The translations under genes were made by a program, and so were the position numbers. The notes below the pieces were generated by a model, which ran no database searches, was not told the origin of the DNA, and was given only the letters and a program-made list of their open reading frames with translations. A stretch of DNA of 64,000 bases, from the NCBI RefSeq assembly GCF_031769215.1, contig NW_026782115.1, positions 682,001 to 746,000 of the forward strand, read 5' to 3'. This document shows positions 1 through 13,866 of the stretch, piece after piece. How positions within the stretch are numbered: position 1 is the first letter of the stretch; the number at the start of each line of letters is the position of its first letter. Origin of the DNA: Ylistrum balloti. Its lineage: Eukaryota.

Positions 1-1622
1 GTCACAGAGTCAATATCAGGTTCAATATACAATATAAGTCCAGCATATTGAAGTTAAATACGAACATAAAGACATGAGAAACATCCAATTTTAAAAACTG
101 TGTGAAATCCTTAAGGACAATAAAATCATTTTTACTCGTAGCCAGCAGCTTGACATTAATGTGTGCTAGCTACTGGTTAGTCCAAGAAAAATGATTTTTT
201 ACTGATAACGTGTACATCATATGTTAAGTATTTTTAAAACTAAAGTTCGAATTTGTGTCTCATAAGTTTGAATGGTATACAGTGATTAAAACGAAAATTA
301 CAAGATGATACATCGAGGGACAAAAGAGAAAAAAAAATGATATTCGTTAAGCTGACAAAGCTTGTCATAAAAATATGCACCTTAATCTCTTTACTTCATT
401 TATAATCTATCATACATACATAGGTTTTGTGGTACTTGTGTAATCACCGATTATACAACTGTAAAACGATGAAAAATTCAAACTGAATTACTCACGTACA
501 TAGGTCCAGTTTTTGAGACAATGACCAGTCATTTGAAAGCTTAAACATGCCTTGTGATTCAGTAAGAGGGATTTTTTAAATACTGACCAAGCATGAGTCA
601 ATATTTACATCGTGGGCGTACGTATCTAAACGGCGTTATGTCATCTGATGTGTTACATTGTAAATCTTGGGTGTTTCTTCATATACTTATATAATAATCT
701 GATTTATGTGGTAAAATGGACATGTTACAAAATGAAAAATTTCTGCTTGAAACAGGATACTTGGTCAGATGTCGACACTGATTAGCCGTGGAAATGACAT
801 TTCTCGTATTAAATTGAACGGAATTGTTTCATTTCAAAAGGAAAATAAAAGCTTTGTGGGAACTGCGTAGTCTTTGAAAAAGAATGAATATGTGTGAAAA
901 TACACAGAGCTACAACTGGCTTATTGTACAACTCCGAGTGTGACGTGTTCCATTTTACTTTGTACACCTTTGTAAATCTCCTGACAGGTAATCTATTCAA
1001 TAACTCTTGACACTTTAATAGACTAGTCAAAAGAGTAAGACATTTAAATTTCAAACATCTAATCCGTAGATACAACGTATGACTAATGCACCAGAGCCTT
1101 TACCAACGCTAGTGTTTTAAACAAAGACCGACACATAACCCTACCGAACATTCACCCAACATGCATTTTAATCTGCATTTGGTGATAAGTAATGCGGTTA
1201 AAATATTTTAACACGATCTTAATTATCTATTAAATGAAGAAAGGTTTTAACTATAATTCCATCGATCACATGCTGTGTTCACTTTAATATTTTCTGGAAT
1301 ACATGTAATAATTGTTTTTCTTTTACGTCACGATTGCGTGTTTAACGTCGTGTTTTAGAAATACCACCCGGAGATTGAACATAATTAATCATTCTTTAAA
1401 TGCATGATGTGATCGTTGAACCCACACACCAAGCATGAAACCATTTATGTATGAAAATACGGTTGCAGCTTTCGTGCAATTAGCGAATTACTTATAACAA
1501 ATTATTTCTAATAGGTAACTGCGGACATTAACCCCATAGGTAGATAAAAAAAATATGTTCAAGGGGCTTTGATGAAAAATAACAAACCTGGACATTATAC
1601 TCAACATTTATAATTAGATCGA

Positions 1623-1755
1623 NNNNNNNNNNNNNNNNNNNNNNNNNNNNNNNNNNNNNNNNNNNNNNNNNNNNNNNNNNNNNNNNNNNNNNNNNNNNNN
1701 NNNNNNNNNNNNNNNNNNNNNNNNNNNNNNNNNNNNNNNNNNNNNNNNNNNNNNN
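1623..1755. other. Assembly gap (N run)
   Basis: Run of N. Confidence 0.99.
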
Positions 1756-2370
1756 ATCATTATTATTTTTATTTTACCGAACGTATTATTTTGATACGTA
1801 CGACATTTAACAATTAAACTTTGTTTACATGGTTACTGTAATGAGCGATCATCGATACGACACATAGATCAGTAATATCTATTCCCTTTACAATGTATGT
1901 AAAATACCTATTTTTGAAAATACTTTTCATTTCCATGATGCCTTATCATGCTGTTGCCTTGACAACTTAATATCTCCATGCGTAATGTTCGTGTCCATAT
2001 TTCTTTATGAATATACACTATAAGTCAGTGACTTTCACGAGAGACAACATAACTGTTCATTGTTTAAACCTTGATAATGCAAATTACTCTCCATATTTAT
2101 CGATCATACAAACTTTATGAATATGATTAGTATTGTAGAAAAGTGTTGTATGTTCAAATGATGTTTTTATATTCAGATTTCACTGCAAAAAATTAATGCA
2201 GTGATGAACTCCTCGGCAAACATATATCTTGGTATTTTTCCATTTCATCTAAAACCCACATTGATAATCACTGTTCTTATAAGATCGCTATCAAATGTTT
2301 GTTTTTATTCACTTTTGTCAAGTAAAATGAATTTATTTACAAAAATTGCTAGACAAGTTTTTTTTTCAAC

Positions 2371-2553
2371 ATATATTTCATCATTCTTGTTTGCTCGGAT
2401 GGAAGCGAACGAGGGTCACTGTGGTAGGAAACTGGAGTACCCTGGGGAAACCCTCGTGGTCAGGCAGGTGACCCCATACCTTTTCACGTCCACAGGAATC
2501 GAACCCCGGACGGCTGCATGAATGGCGAGTGCATTGCCACTGCGCTACCCAAC
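2371..2553 (-). mobile_element. tRNA-derived SINE with V/Meta-type central domain
   Basis: Minus strand has Pol III box A TAGCGCAGTGG (2547-2537) and box B GGTTCGATTCC (2505-2495). These are followed by CACGAGGGTTTCCCCAGGGTACTCCAGTTTCCTACCAC, resembling the GGTTTYCTCCGGGTRCTCCGGTTTCCTCCCAC core of V/Meta-type SINEs, then an A-rich tail. Exact family not determinable here. Confidence 0.8.
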
Positions 2554-5500
2554 CTTACGTTAACAGAATGCTGTACATAAACCTGGTACAATGTATGTGG
2601 TATTGTACGCATTAGAACACCAAGAAATGAAAGAGTATGTCAAAAACGAAATTTGAGAGATATTGAAGATAATTCGCATTTTATTATTGTTTGTCCACTT
2701 TACAATGTTCTAAGAGCTCAATATATTGATAGATATCATAAAGTACGTTCATTTATGTTCAAAATAGTTAATCTTCTCTCCGCTAAAAATAAGAGAAAAA
2801 AGTGACCTTGCGATATTTCTAGTTGCTGTTTCTAAGGTTAGATCAAATATCATTACACATCCTGTTGTCCATCCTCCTTGATATGTCTGTATCCGTGTAA
2901 TCGTTATTGTATTATAATATGTTATAATTGTTTATGCTGATTAGCTGAAAAGCTAAAGGCCACTAAAACAGTAAGTGTATATGTCAGATAACCTCTGGGT
3001 GTTTGATATTCTTGTTTTATCTTTGTAGGAACATACTATCCTCATCATGACGGTCTCTGATACATTGACGAAATAAAAAAAAATGGCACCATGACGTCAT
3101 ACGCAATATTGTCCGTACTCCGGTAATGAAAAGTTTGGTAATGTTCAATGTTTTCATTATATTATCACATCAAATTGATCATAAAACAAACAAACGTCTT
3201 TAAAAAGCAGTCTATAAAATATTTTCATGGGAATGTGTAAATTGCATCAATATATATTTTTAATCTCTCAGAAACACATGCGTGTAACATAAGGTCACTA
3301 GACACAGCCTATTAAACAAAAGACATCACAAAGTACTTACATCAGCTTTATATATTTAGAATCTTTGCCAATTTCTCAACAGATCTGGCAACATTCAAGA
3401 ACAGACGAACATTATATAGAAAAAAAGATACTTTTCGTTTTTAGCAAACTACGACATATACAATAACAAGAAAACCAAAATCACCACCCTCGTTTTTTTA
3501 ATTTCCATTTTAGTTATAAAAATAATGTTCTAATGTATCGTTTAACGCCACAGGTTTAAATGGTCTCCGGGTCTTATAATGATTTAATATCGGACTATAT
3601 TAAGTAACTTTTTAGTTAATTTTTTTTTCAATTAAAACAAGAATAGCATGATATTGGATGTAGGCAGTAAATCTAGACGGAGTTATGGTATATCAATTAC
3701 AGCGATAAGGAAGACTTAACATGGATATAGGTATTGTATTTCCAATAACAATATCTGGATCGTAAATCAGAGATAAGTTCAGACTTAACTAAGGTGATTG
3801 ATTTAAATTAAATTTGCCAGATCATTCACATCTTTGAATTATTTTTATTACTTCCTCACATGTTGAAATTGAAACGCTGTCACCATGGAACGCTTGTAAT
3901 GTGTTACAAAATGCTACAAAAAAATGATTTTATTTTGGAAAGAGTTATAACTCTTTGATCTACGACATTTTAAGGTTTTTTACTTTTCTTTATAACTTGC
4001 TGAATTATGAAAAATCGAATCTCATACTTTATCATTGTTGTATAAAACCTTGACCAAGAAAATGAATACTGCAACGATAACTATAATTATCAAGGTTGTC
4101 AATTTTAGTTAGTGACAGCGCGTGTCGTTAGGAGCTTTTACCTCACCGTGATTCTAACTTCCTGTAGAGGATAGTTTATTGAAGTAGCTGTGTTAAAGCT
4201 GCACTGGATTGATATATGGACTTCAGAATAATGGTATAAAAATATGAAAGAGACATTTTTGTCATAAAATGTTTTTTTCACGTTAATACATATAGTAAGT
4301 CTTTGGCGGCAAAACCTGTGCTATATGAAAACGCAGCTTGCAAAATCACATGAAAAGTTTTTTGATAGTGAAGAACCAAAATGGCGAACCGTTAACAAGT
4401 TTAAAGTCAATGATTTTTTTTTTTTCATCGAACCGTTTATTCAAAGGCAGCATAATAAAATGTATTAGCTATTTCTTTCTGTTATATTATCCTCTACATT
4501 GTGATAAATAATTATGTTTACATGACTAAATCAAAACCAAATACGGGCTGAATCTTAATTAAGACTCAAACGCGATGTAATTAGAGGAAAATTTGATCAA
4601 AAGAAAAAAAACATACAATAATCCATGAGTCAAAAACAAGGAGAATAAGACCAGGCGTTCCGGAAGGATATGAATTTCAAAACAATGCAACCTCTTTTTA
4701 CATGTTACCCGACAGGAAAAACATTTGTTAATCTCATTAAACTTTGCTCATACATATACGGTGTACGTTAGGCATTATTCGTGTTACAAACGGGATTTTC
4801 CCTCTTTTTATGGAATAGCATTTCCTAAAAATAATGTCACTTTTTTTTCATATTTTTAAAATTGTGCTTTTAATTGTTCCTTTTACATGTCCTTGATTTG
4901 TCACAGCAAATGGATGCATTACGCTGTAAGGTAAATTTCTAGCTATTTTTCAACAGAGCAATTTTATTGGAGTGAAACGTTTAATATACGTTTTGAATTA
5001 ATCTTTTAATGTTTTATTGTAGTCATATCTGGAAATGAGGTCTCCAATAGGCCAAATGTTCCGTTTTCAACACTTAAGCTACATGTGTCTTACGTCCTGA
5101 TATATATGACATGCTCCAACATCAAAACTCAAAATTGAAGTGTTTGAAATGATATCTTTAAGTGTCAAAAACAGCTATAAGAGATCAAAGCAAATCACAA
5201 ATTATTGATTATACATATTTCTTCAAGTTTTATTTCAAATTAATTTTGTATATCCTTATTTAGTTCACAAACCGTTGTAACTTATCGAAGAGGCCATAAA
5301 CTTTATTGTTAATCAATAAGTGTTTGATGAACCTATTGGCTCAGGATAAACCAACGACAAGGGGATTAATCTAATTTCAATGTGCTGCCTTAAAATGAAT
5401 TATTTTTGTTAAGTTTCACAATCACTGACACGAAAGACAAATAAATTTAATATAGGCCTCAATAAAATGACGTTTATAAATGGGTTTTAACACACCTGTG

Positions 5501-7498
5501 TGTGCTTATCTTCCCGATTCGCTTCACAGGTGGGACAACATATCACCATTTCAAAGGTGTTAATGAGGTAAAATTGTGTTGATAAACTGCATTGTCGGCT
5601 GAAAGATTATATAATATAAATTTCTTATCGATCTGTTTTGGTAATTAACCCGATACGACAATTTTGAAATCTGAGTAGAGTTATTTGGGCCACGTACCTC
5701 CTGCATTTCAACAATACTTAAAGTAGTAACGTTATCCTCACGTGACGTCCTCTACACGTGCATCTCACGGGCATTTGGTAAACAATTGTAAATGTAACTC
5801 GAAAGTTTTGATTCAGCCCTAAAAAACCAACAAATATCAAAGCGACGTTTTACAATTCAATGCAAACATGCAACTTTATATGAGAGACGAAATATACAGA
5901 GCAATTCAGTCACCATTGTTTCTGTAGAAGATAGCCATCTGTGACATTGTAACTGAACTAAGGAAGAGAGGATGTAACTCTATATCGGCCTCGTAGTCAG
6001 ACAAGGAACGGAATGTAACTCTATCTACGTCTGACGTGGGAGCGTTTTTACCAAGTGGGTGCACACAATAAATACCTTATACACAAAATGCTAAATTAAG
6101 ACATTTTGATACGTTTATAGATTTTGTCGTTTCAGATATTCAAAAGGCTGTCTTATTTATATCTCACACCAGACATACTTGCTGAAGAAGCAACCCTCGG
6201 TGTGTTTAAATAAAAAAAAACTCTCAAGAATTTTTCGCGATTTATTTATTTGTTTAAATGTTGACAGATATTTAAAGTAATTCTTCTTTTCACTTACTGA
6301 TCGTATATCTTCATTTATTCCATTTAAAAATCTTAGCAAATAAAAACGTAAACCCGTCATCCATTTAGTTTACAACGAGATTCAATTAAAAGCAATAATA
6401 TCAAAATAGATATGCAGTTTTACTCTCACTAAAATTTTTAATGAGATTTTTATTCGCGCATTCAATATTCGACATTAAATCAAATGACACTTTATGGGTG
6501 TCAGACTGAGTGACACAAAATAACTAATTTCTAATTAATGAAACCATCAGTCACTGCCACGTTAGGTCTTTGGCAATTAATTACTGATCAGCCAATCAAA
6601 CATGAACAATCATATCTTAATTACCTAATCAATATCGATCGTTTTATTCGTCAGATCACTGACATGAGGACAAATAGAATGAATTCTGTTATCTTTCGTA
6701 AACTGACACACACATATATATAGAATATATGTAGAATGATAAATATGTTTATCTCCTTCTCAGTCAAACCACTGCCACGGTATTACGGGTCTAATTCATC
6801 AGTGTTACTGGGGTGAAAACGTAAAAATGTATTGTTTCTTTAATGATTTCAATCTGGCATGTTTGTTAATCTGTATTGACAGTAAACTCGTGAGGTCCAC
6901 TTTTTAATTCGCCCAAACATATATATATATTCGCCATTTGGATCAGAGCGATAAGCTTTGTTTATTGGGTACAACGCTATCGCTTTGTCACGTTTGTGGT
7001 AATTACTTACATCGATTGGTGGCATTTTTTAATTAATATTTCCGTGTTTCCGTTTCCTTTTAATTGTAATTACTCCTCACTTAGCTCCGAGGCTCATTAC
7101 TAATTACATTTTAGAATATGATAGATATGTGCACTTACAACACAAGGAACAAGCCAGACAAAATATTGTAACGAAAACGTATATCTTTATTGAATTTACA
7201 AAAAAAGCGTCTAGGACGAGACTAAAATATATCTTTGATTGAACACAAATATGAATGTTAAGTTAATTTGCATACGAATAGATGTTGTTTGTGTCATATT
7301 TTATATAAATTGTTTTTCCCAATCACTTTAGAATAGATACTATTACACACTTCAATACTATCTAGGTAGGGTCCGTATTATATATCTATACTCCTATCAG
7401 ATCTTCACTTGTGGTTAACGTTACGTAGCCCCCTAACAGACTTTAGAGTGACTTGGTACACATAATCACAAGTCACAGTTATCGAAAAAGACACACTA

Positions 7499-7918
7499 NN
7501 NNNNNNNNNNNNNNNNNNNNNNNNNNNNNNNNNNNNNNNNNNNNNNNNNNNNNNNNNNNNNNNNNNNNNNNNNNNNNNNNNNNNNNNNNNNNNNNNNNNN
7601 NNNNNNNNNNNNNNNNNNNNNNNNNNNNNNNNNNNNNNNNNNNNNNNNNNNNNNNNNNNNNNNNNNNNNNNNNNNNNNNNNNNNNNNNNNNNNNNNNNNN
7701 NNNNNNNNNNNNNNNNNNNNNNNNNNNNNNNNNNNNNNNNNNNNNNNNNNNNNNNNNNNNNNNNNNNNNNNNNNNNNNNNNNNNNNNNNNNNNNNNNNNN
7801 NNNNNNNNNNNNNNNNNNNNNNNNNNNNNNNNNNNNNNNNNNNNNNNNNNNNNNNNNNNNNNNNNNNNNNNNNNNNNNNNNNNNNNNNNNNNNNNNNNNN
7901 NNNNNNNNNNNNNNNNNN
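7499..7918. other. Assembly gap (N run)
   Basis: Run of N. Confidence 0.99.
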
Positions 7919-7935
7919 ATGTAATGACAATCCCA

Positions 7936-8056
7936 TCAACATCATCATCGTCTTCTTGTCATTATTACCACCACCACCACCATCATCGTCGTCATCATCA
8001 TTATTATCATCATCATCACCATTCACCATCATCATCATCATCGTCGTCATCATCAT
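7936..8056. repeat. Imperfect (CAT)n/(CAC)n/(CGT)n trinucleotide microsatellite
   Basis: catcatcat, caccaccac and cgtcgt runs next to the gap. They explain the poly-His/Asp/Ser ORFs in the track. Confidence 0.95.
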
Positions 8057-8619
8057 GACGAATTTTTCGTAGTCATTGCTACTTATTTACCTTTGGTTCC
8101 ATCCAATGCATTTAGTCATAATATTGTGCTATATCGTCATAACCACGTGTATGTAACCACGTGCACGTTGCTCATTTCCGCATTCCTGAGCCGGAGTAAC
8201 CAATCAATTTCAGTATAGTTACACGATGTCGTAAATTCAAACTCTGCACTTCCCGTGGAGACAAGAGATTTCCTCATTCCTGAGTCGAAGTAACCATTCA
8301 TGTTCAGCACAAGATTTATCCTGAACAATGGATAACAAAATAGTCCAACAAAACCCCAGGACTTCCCGATTTTTCAGTGAGAAGATATACGAATTACAAT
8401 GGTTGGATTAGATCGACTGAAACATGTATCCGCTGAGATATACAGCGAGTTGTCATTAATTCAAGTAGCAATGTGCATCTTCTGTATTAGATACCTTATC
8501 AAATAACCATGTGAAGTTATGTATTTAACAGTAATTAAAACAAATTGCCTCGTGCAGATGATTGTACATGTTGGATTTTAGTATAGTTGTGAATATTTTC
8601 ATTGACTTTCGGTTATTTA

Positions 8620-8705
8620 TCTATTCATTTATTTATTTATCTATTTATTTATTTATTTATCTATTTAGTTATTTATCTAATAATTTATCTATTTATTTAT
8701 TTATT
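8620..8705. repeat. (TATT/TATC)n tetranucleotide microsatellite
   Basis: Repeated tatt/tatc units. They explain the FIYL-repeat ORFs. Confidence 0.95.
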
Positions 8706-11700
8706 TCAAAGCTTATCATTACTACAGATTTCAGTTATGCTCATAGATAATATAAATTATTATATTCTTTTGTCTATGATATTGTGAAATAACAATTTAA
8801 TATACATGTTTAACGTATTAATCGTTAATATTTTACCCAACATGTAAATTGACATAATAAGAGCGTTTTTTTTCTGTCTCTGATTTACATTACATATTTG
8901 CGAACAATTCATTAATGTGTGTCGAAAAAAACGAACTGGTCTTATATGACAAAAAACGTCAAACAAAACCACACCAGCTTACTGAGATAACTAAGATTAC
9001 TTAGTGTATGATGTATTACGACTGGAACGCTTATTCGTTTCATTCAAACCTTATTTGTAAAACTCGTATCAGGAAGTTTCCACCCACTGTGTATGGAAAT
9101 ATATATATATATCGTTTTTTATTTAAAAGTGGATTTCCATCATTATTTTTTTTTATATTTTTTTTTTTTTTTCGTGTGATATTGTATCTTTTTCACGAGT
9201 ATGGCAGAATATATATATTCTGTACAAGTGCGGTGTATAGTACGATGACGTAAAAATACTTACATTCCATGTCGACTTACATATAGGAAGTACAGGAAGA
9301 TAGAGTTACATATCCGGGTAATGTATCTATTACTATAACCATCTGTTGTGATTTAATCAATACCAGGTGTTTCTACGTCATCAACATTTAAATAGCATGT
9401 TCAAGAAAACAAACATTTGTATATAAAACAAGTTATATTGTAAGATTTTGACAAAATATAGTGTGACCATTTAAACAATTTTGCTATAGTGCTATTTTTT
9501 CGTCGTTATATGATTCCTGTGTTAGCTTTCTTAGATGCTTACATAAGACATCGATTTTCTTTATCTGTAATGTGTAATGTAGATCACATAATTACATATC
9601 TACAGTATACAAGAAAAAAAATTAGGTTAAACTTTAGTTTTTATTCTGAAGGAGTTTTGGTTTATGTACTAACACGCAAGTTTCGATTTTCAAAACACGA
9701 AATTGTTTAAGTGTAAATCTTGGCGCCCAACATCGTTTTATAATGTTTATAGGTTCCGTTTTCTCCCTCTCTTCTTATATAAGTAACTACTCGTTGTTTT
9801 ATCGCAATGCTACATCGGTCGACAAGGAGATATTTTCAGCACATTCTGACAACTAGCAATATGATATGCAAATACCAAAATCTGAAATGGTTGCCCGTCA
9901 GCCTGTACTGAGAAAGGATTGACAAACTTATTTTACCGGCTTTTGCGTGTTTTGATGAAGCCCTCGGCGGATCTATGTCTAACTACATTCTGCCATTTGG
10001 TGCCCGCGTCAGTCTTCAGTTTAAGATGCCCAAATAACAACCAAAGGATTCCTAACGTGGATTTGAAATAGGACATGGCTACCTGTCAGCCACTTGTATT
10101 GGTTGTACAAATCTATATAACAAGGCGGAACCTGCTTTGAAACATGAGAACGATTATTCGAGCACTTTTCAATATTGATTCTCAAAACAATCGATACAAG
10201 ACGTTTTGTTAAACTGATCATGTACAGCTAGGTCATTCACATGTGCTATAAATTATCGATAAACGAAAAAAAAATTATAATGTTCGCAGGAGAAGACGGT
10301 TGTCATTCAAACTAATTCACATATGGTAATCTATATCTTATCCTTCATGTATCTATGTAGGTTTTTTGTTAATTTCCTGTTCTATATATTGAATTAACGC
10401 GACAGCTAGAATGAGATCAGCTATATATAGACATTCTACGTGTTTACGTAACAGACTGTCAGTCAGTGCATTTTGTAGGCTAAGAATTCAACGTTCTTTT
10501 TATAAAAAAAAAACATAAAAGAGCATACATCATGATCTTCGTTCACGAATATGTATCTATTTGGCGCGAGTTTTGTAAGAAGTTCTTAAACAGATAAAGT
10601 GGAAGTTACGTTAGATTTAATGTCGACTAGCACCGACATACACGTCGCTATTAAACAAACAATTAATTCAAATTCAATTGGCATAAAATGTCAAAGATAT
10701 GAAAATTTATTGTTAACAAAAATAGAATATATCGCTTCTGGTCATAGCTTGTAATTGGCCGGTCGGCAAGAGTTATTGTTCTTGGAAATGGTGTACGAAC
10801 ATTAATGAAATATAAAGAGGGATATTGACTAAACCACATGCTGAAGTATTCAGTACAACTTTATATCTCTGAACAGTATCATAAGTTTTTCATCAATAGA
10901 TAAATGACAAAATAAATTACAGTCGACCGTATACACATTTGTGTAATAAACGATCAATTCCCTGTCACGCAGTCAAAAAGCTGATTTAAGCGACTATTGA
11001 GCAGTCCAAACATAAATTTCTAGAAAATCCCCTGGTTCGGGAGGAAATCGAAAGCTGGATTCCCATTTTCATACATTCGACAGAGATGTGCTATATAAAC
11101 GACACATCTATCTATAGTCATATGTACACGTATTAAGATTCGTGTTCTTGTGATTTGACCAATTTCACAAAATGAACAGCTCACATCATCAACTCAAACT
11201 AAACAGACTGAATGATAATGCTGTCCTTTAGATGTTTGACCTACAGATACGATAGAAAACTGTGCTATGTTATTAATTGGTACAGTAAATCGACAGAAAC
11301 TATTCTACGTTCAAAACATTTTCATCGAATCTTTTACAAAAATATTCCTTCAAAACAACTTCGGTAGATGAAAAAATCAAAGTCCAAATTAAATCAACAA
11401 TGACCGGATACAGAAAAATTATCTCCGAGTGAGGCGGTATTGGCCGGCTTGGGTGTGAAGACAGCATTGTGTGATGGAGGTAATCTCGATATCAATTGTT
11501 TAAAAACGTTTGAAAAATAATTTTCCACAGACTTCCCCTTACAAGATCTGCTAACAACACGTTTCCGTTTCATTTGTGTAAAACGGCAGAGAACATATTG
11601 GTAATTAATTACGAATCTGCAGTTCCAAAGGTTTGGGTAACCTGCATTTCGCGTCATTTGAATTTTAGAGTCAGTACTGTCTGGTTTTTTCACTTATATT

Positions 11701-12503
11701 CGACCATACTTTTTAATATTATTATTATTTTCCTCGGTCGTCACCCATAATTTTCAACATGATTTCGCACCACAGATGAGACCTAGTATAACGAAATGGA
11801 TGTATGATTCAGTTTGATGTATCATTTGCTATTTAATTCAAAATATGTATTAAGTACCGAATGCACTTCAATCCTCGTTGAGTTACAAGATCTGATCAAG
11901 CACATATCCTCAACGAAAAGAAGAATTCAAAATTTCGAGAATTAAGTTGTTATTTCCATTATGTAGCATACAAAATGAGATTTTAATCGAAAATTTTCAA
12001 CAACATTTTCATATTTTATTCCTACCGAAGTGTACAGCAACATATAAAAGCTTGCACAGAATATTTTTCAAAATGTTGACGCACCAAAAGATTTCTCAAT
12101 TAAAAAATAAAACATGCTTCAACAGTAATTTAAACAATCAAGGTATCGCTAAACAGAAAAGCCCATGATGAAATTAGGAGTATAATAATGATCAGCGGGG
12201 CGTTAATCCAAGTTATACGATACACCGATATTTTAACCATGTCAAAATTGACTGCACAGCTGTCATACTAAGGGAGATAACTCGTATTCGTTTTCATGTG
12301 GCACCGCCCATATTACTATATAAGTAAAGTGCCACGTAAGCAATCGACCTGCTTCGTTATTTTATTTTTCGGCAGCACAAGGCAGTTGTTAGATAAAATT
12401 TTGACCATATCATATAATAATACCGTTGTTCTTTGAGGAATTAATATATTACCAGCAACTTTCATTTAGTATAATCATTTTTGGTACCCGTTTTATAACG
12501 AAG

Positions 12504-12575
12504 GGGGATATAGCTCAGTGGTAGAGCATTCGACTGCAGATCGAGAGGTCCCTGGTTCGAACCCGGGTGTCCCCT
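12504..12575 (+). tRNA. trnC-GCA: tRNA-Cys (GCA)
   Basis: GGGGATATAGCTCAGTGGTAGAGCATTCGACTGCAGATCGAGAGGTCCCTGGTTCGAACCCGGGTGTCCCCT, 72 nt. Acceptor stem GGGGATA/TGTCCCC, anticodon GCA at 12536-12538, intact box A and box B, no intron. Confidence 0.98.
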
Positions 12576-12577
12576 CA

Positions 12578-12584
12578 TTTTTTT
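12578..12584 (+). terminator. RNA polymerase III oligo-T terminator of tRNA-Cys
   Basis: T7 run two bases after the discriminator base. Confidence 0.85.
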
Positions 12585-12837
12585 ATAAATTCCTGTGTTC
12601 AAATAACAACATAGAAGGAAAAATCAACACCATTATTTACATATCTTCATTGTTCCTCAAAACCTTCACGTGCAGTTACTTGGAAAATAACAAAACCTGC
12701 TTTCACAGATCAAAAGGGAATCTTACTTTATAAATAAATTTTAATCCCTCTTAAACCTCATGACACTGGAAGTAGTACTAAAATCAAAAGATCTTGATAT
12801 CCTGTTACCATATTTATCTCCTATTGAATTACAAAAA

Positions 12838-13030
12838 TGGCCTTTCACATAGTTGCCCGCAGTTTGATTCCCAGAACAGATGTGAAAAGATTTAGGGTTA
12901 TCTGCACAACCATGTGAAGTTTTCGCGGGGTACTCAAATTTCCTCTCATATTAAAACACTACTTTACTTACATCCCAGCCGAGTGATTAGTACAGGCTGA
13001 AATAACTTGTTTCACAATTGTTGTAAAACA
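12838..13030 (+). mobile_element. Degenerate tRNA-derived SINE, same head/core type as 2371-2553
   Basis: gtttgattccc (decayed box B), gatgtgaaaaga and gttttcgcggggtactcaaatttcctctca align by eye to the head and core of the 2371-2553 copy. The 3' tail differs. Confidence 0.65.
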
Positions 13031-13829
13031 AATGAAGCTTACATCATGTAACTTAATGTTGTATACTTAATACATGTCACCAGGTAGATTATATAACATA
13101 TGGAAATAAATCAGACATATTCAATAAAGCTTAATTCAGAGCTGTGTGGGAGCATAAAGGTAAAATACATGCTTTCAATGCTTGGTTTCAACGAGCACTT
13201 TGTAATTTTCGAAATGGTCAGGTGGGTAAGCATCGGTCTTTTGATTTTACTATGACAAATTCAAAACAGTACATAGGACAAATGCAGGTGATAAGTCTGT
13301 AACCTCAAAATCTTGTATAAAAGAACATAGTCAATGGATGATAAAGTTAAATTGTCTGAAATGGTTGATATCTATTTAAAGATCATTCATACCACCATTG
13401 CGATGAAAAAATATTTCATTGTTACTCACAAATCCAATGATAATTAAGAATGAATGCACTATTTAGATTATTTTTCTAAAAATGAGGTAGACTGTATCAA
13501 GTTGAACTTTGACCTTTGTTTGTGAGTGTCAACAAAGAGCCAGACAAAAAAAACAACATGTAAGTCATCATAATCAAGTTTAGACACAGGACAAGGGCAT
13601 AACGTAAAAAGTCTGACACAATAATATTAATCCAGAAATAAGCCCATGTTCGGTAATAAGCCCACCCAACAAGAACTACTTCAATACAATATCATGTAAT
13701 AAGTCTATCACTGACTTACAGTCAGAAGAGATGTGTTGGCTCCCTGGACTTATTGCAGCAGTAGGATATGTAACAATATCTCAACTAGGCAGATTTTAAA
13801 AAACAACAATAAACAATGTTTGTTTTACA

Positions 13830-13835
13830 TTTATT
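13830..13835 (-). promoter_or_regulatory. Polyadenylation signal AAUAAA of the SNF/U1A gene
   Basis: AATAAA on the minus strand, followed about 20 nt later by a GU-rich tract (tgtttattgttgttttt, 13815-13799). Implies a 3' UTR of about 840 nt. Confidence 0.7.
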
Positions 13836-13866
13836 AGTACATTTGTGATTCCAGTGTCATCTGTTC

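Noticed and set aside
1953-1966. RFX X-box-like GTTGCCTTGACAAC
   Set aside because: One mismatch to consensus and no identifiable gene start nearby.
5928-6213. Two acceptor-preceded short open segments on the plus strand
   Set aside because: No consistent frame or recognisable product.
7453-8058. Long ORFs across the 7499-7918, 52086-52448 and 56403-56581 gaps
   Set aside because: Artefacts of N runs and flanking microsatellites.
8562-8787. FIYL-repeat hydrophobic ORFs
   Set aside because: Translation of the (TATT)n microsatellite.
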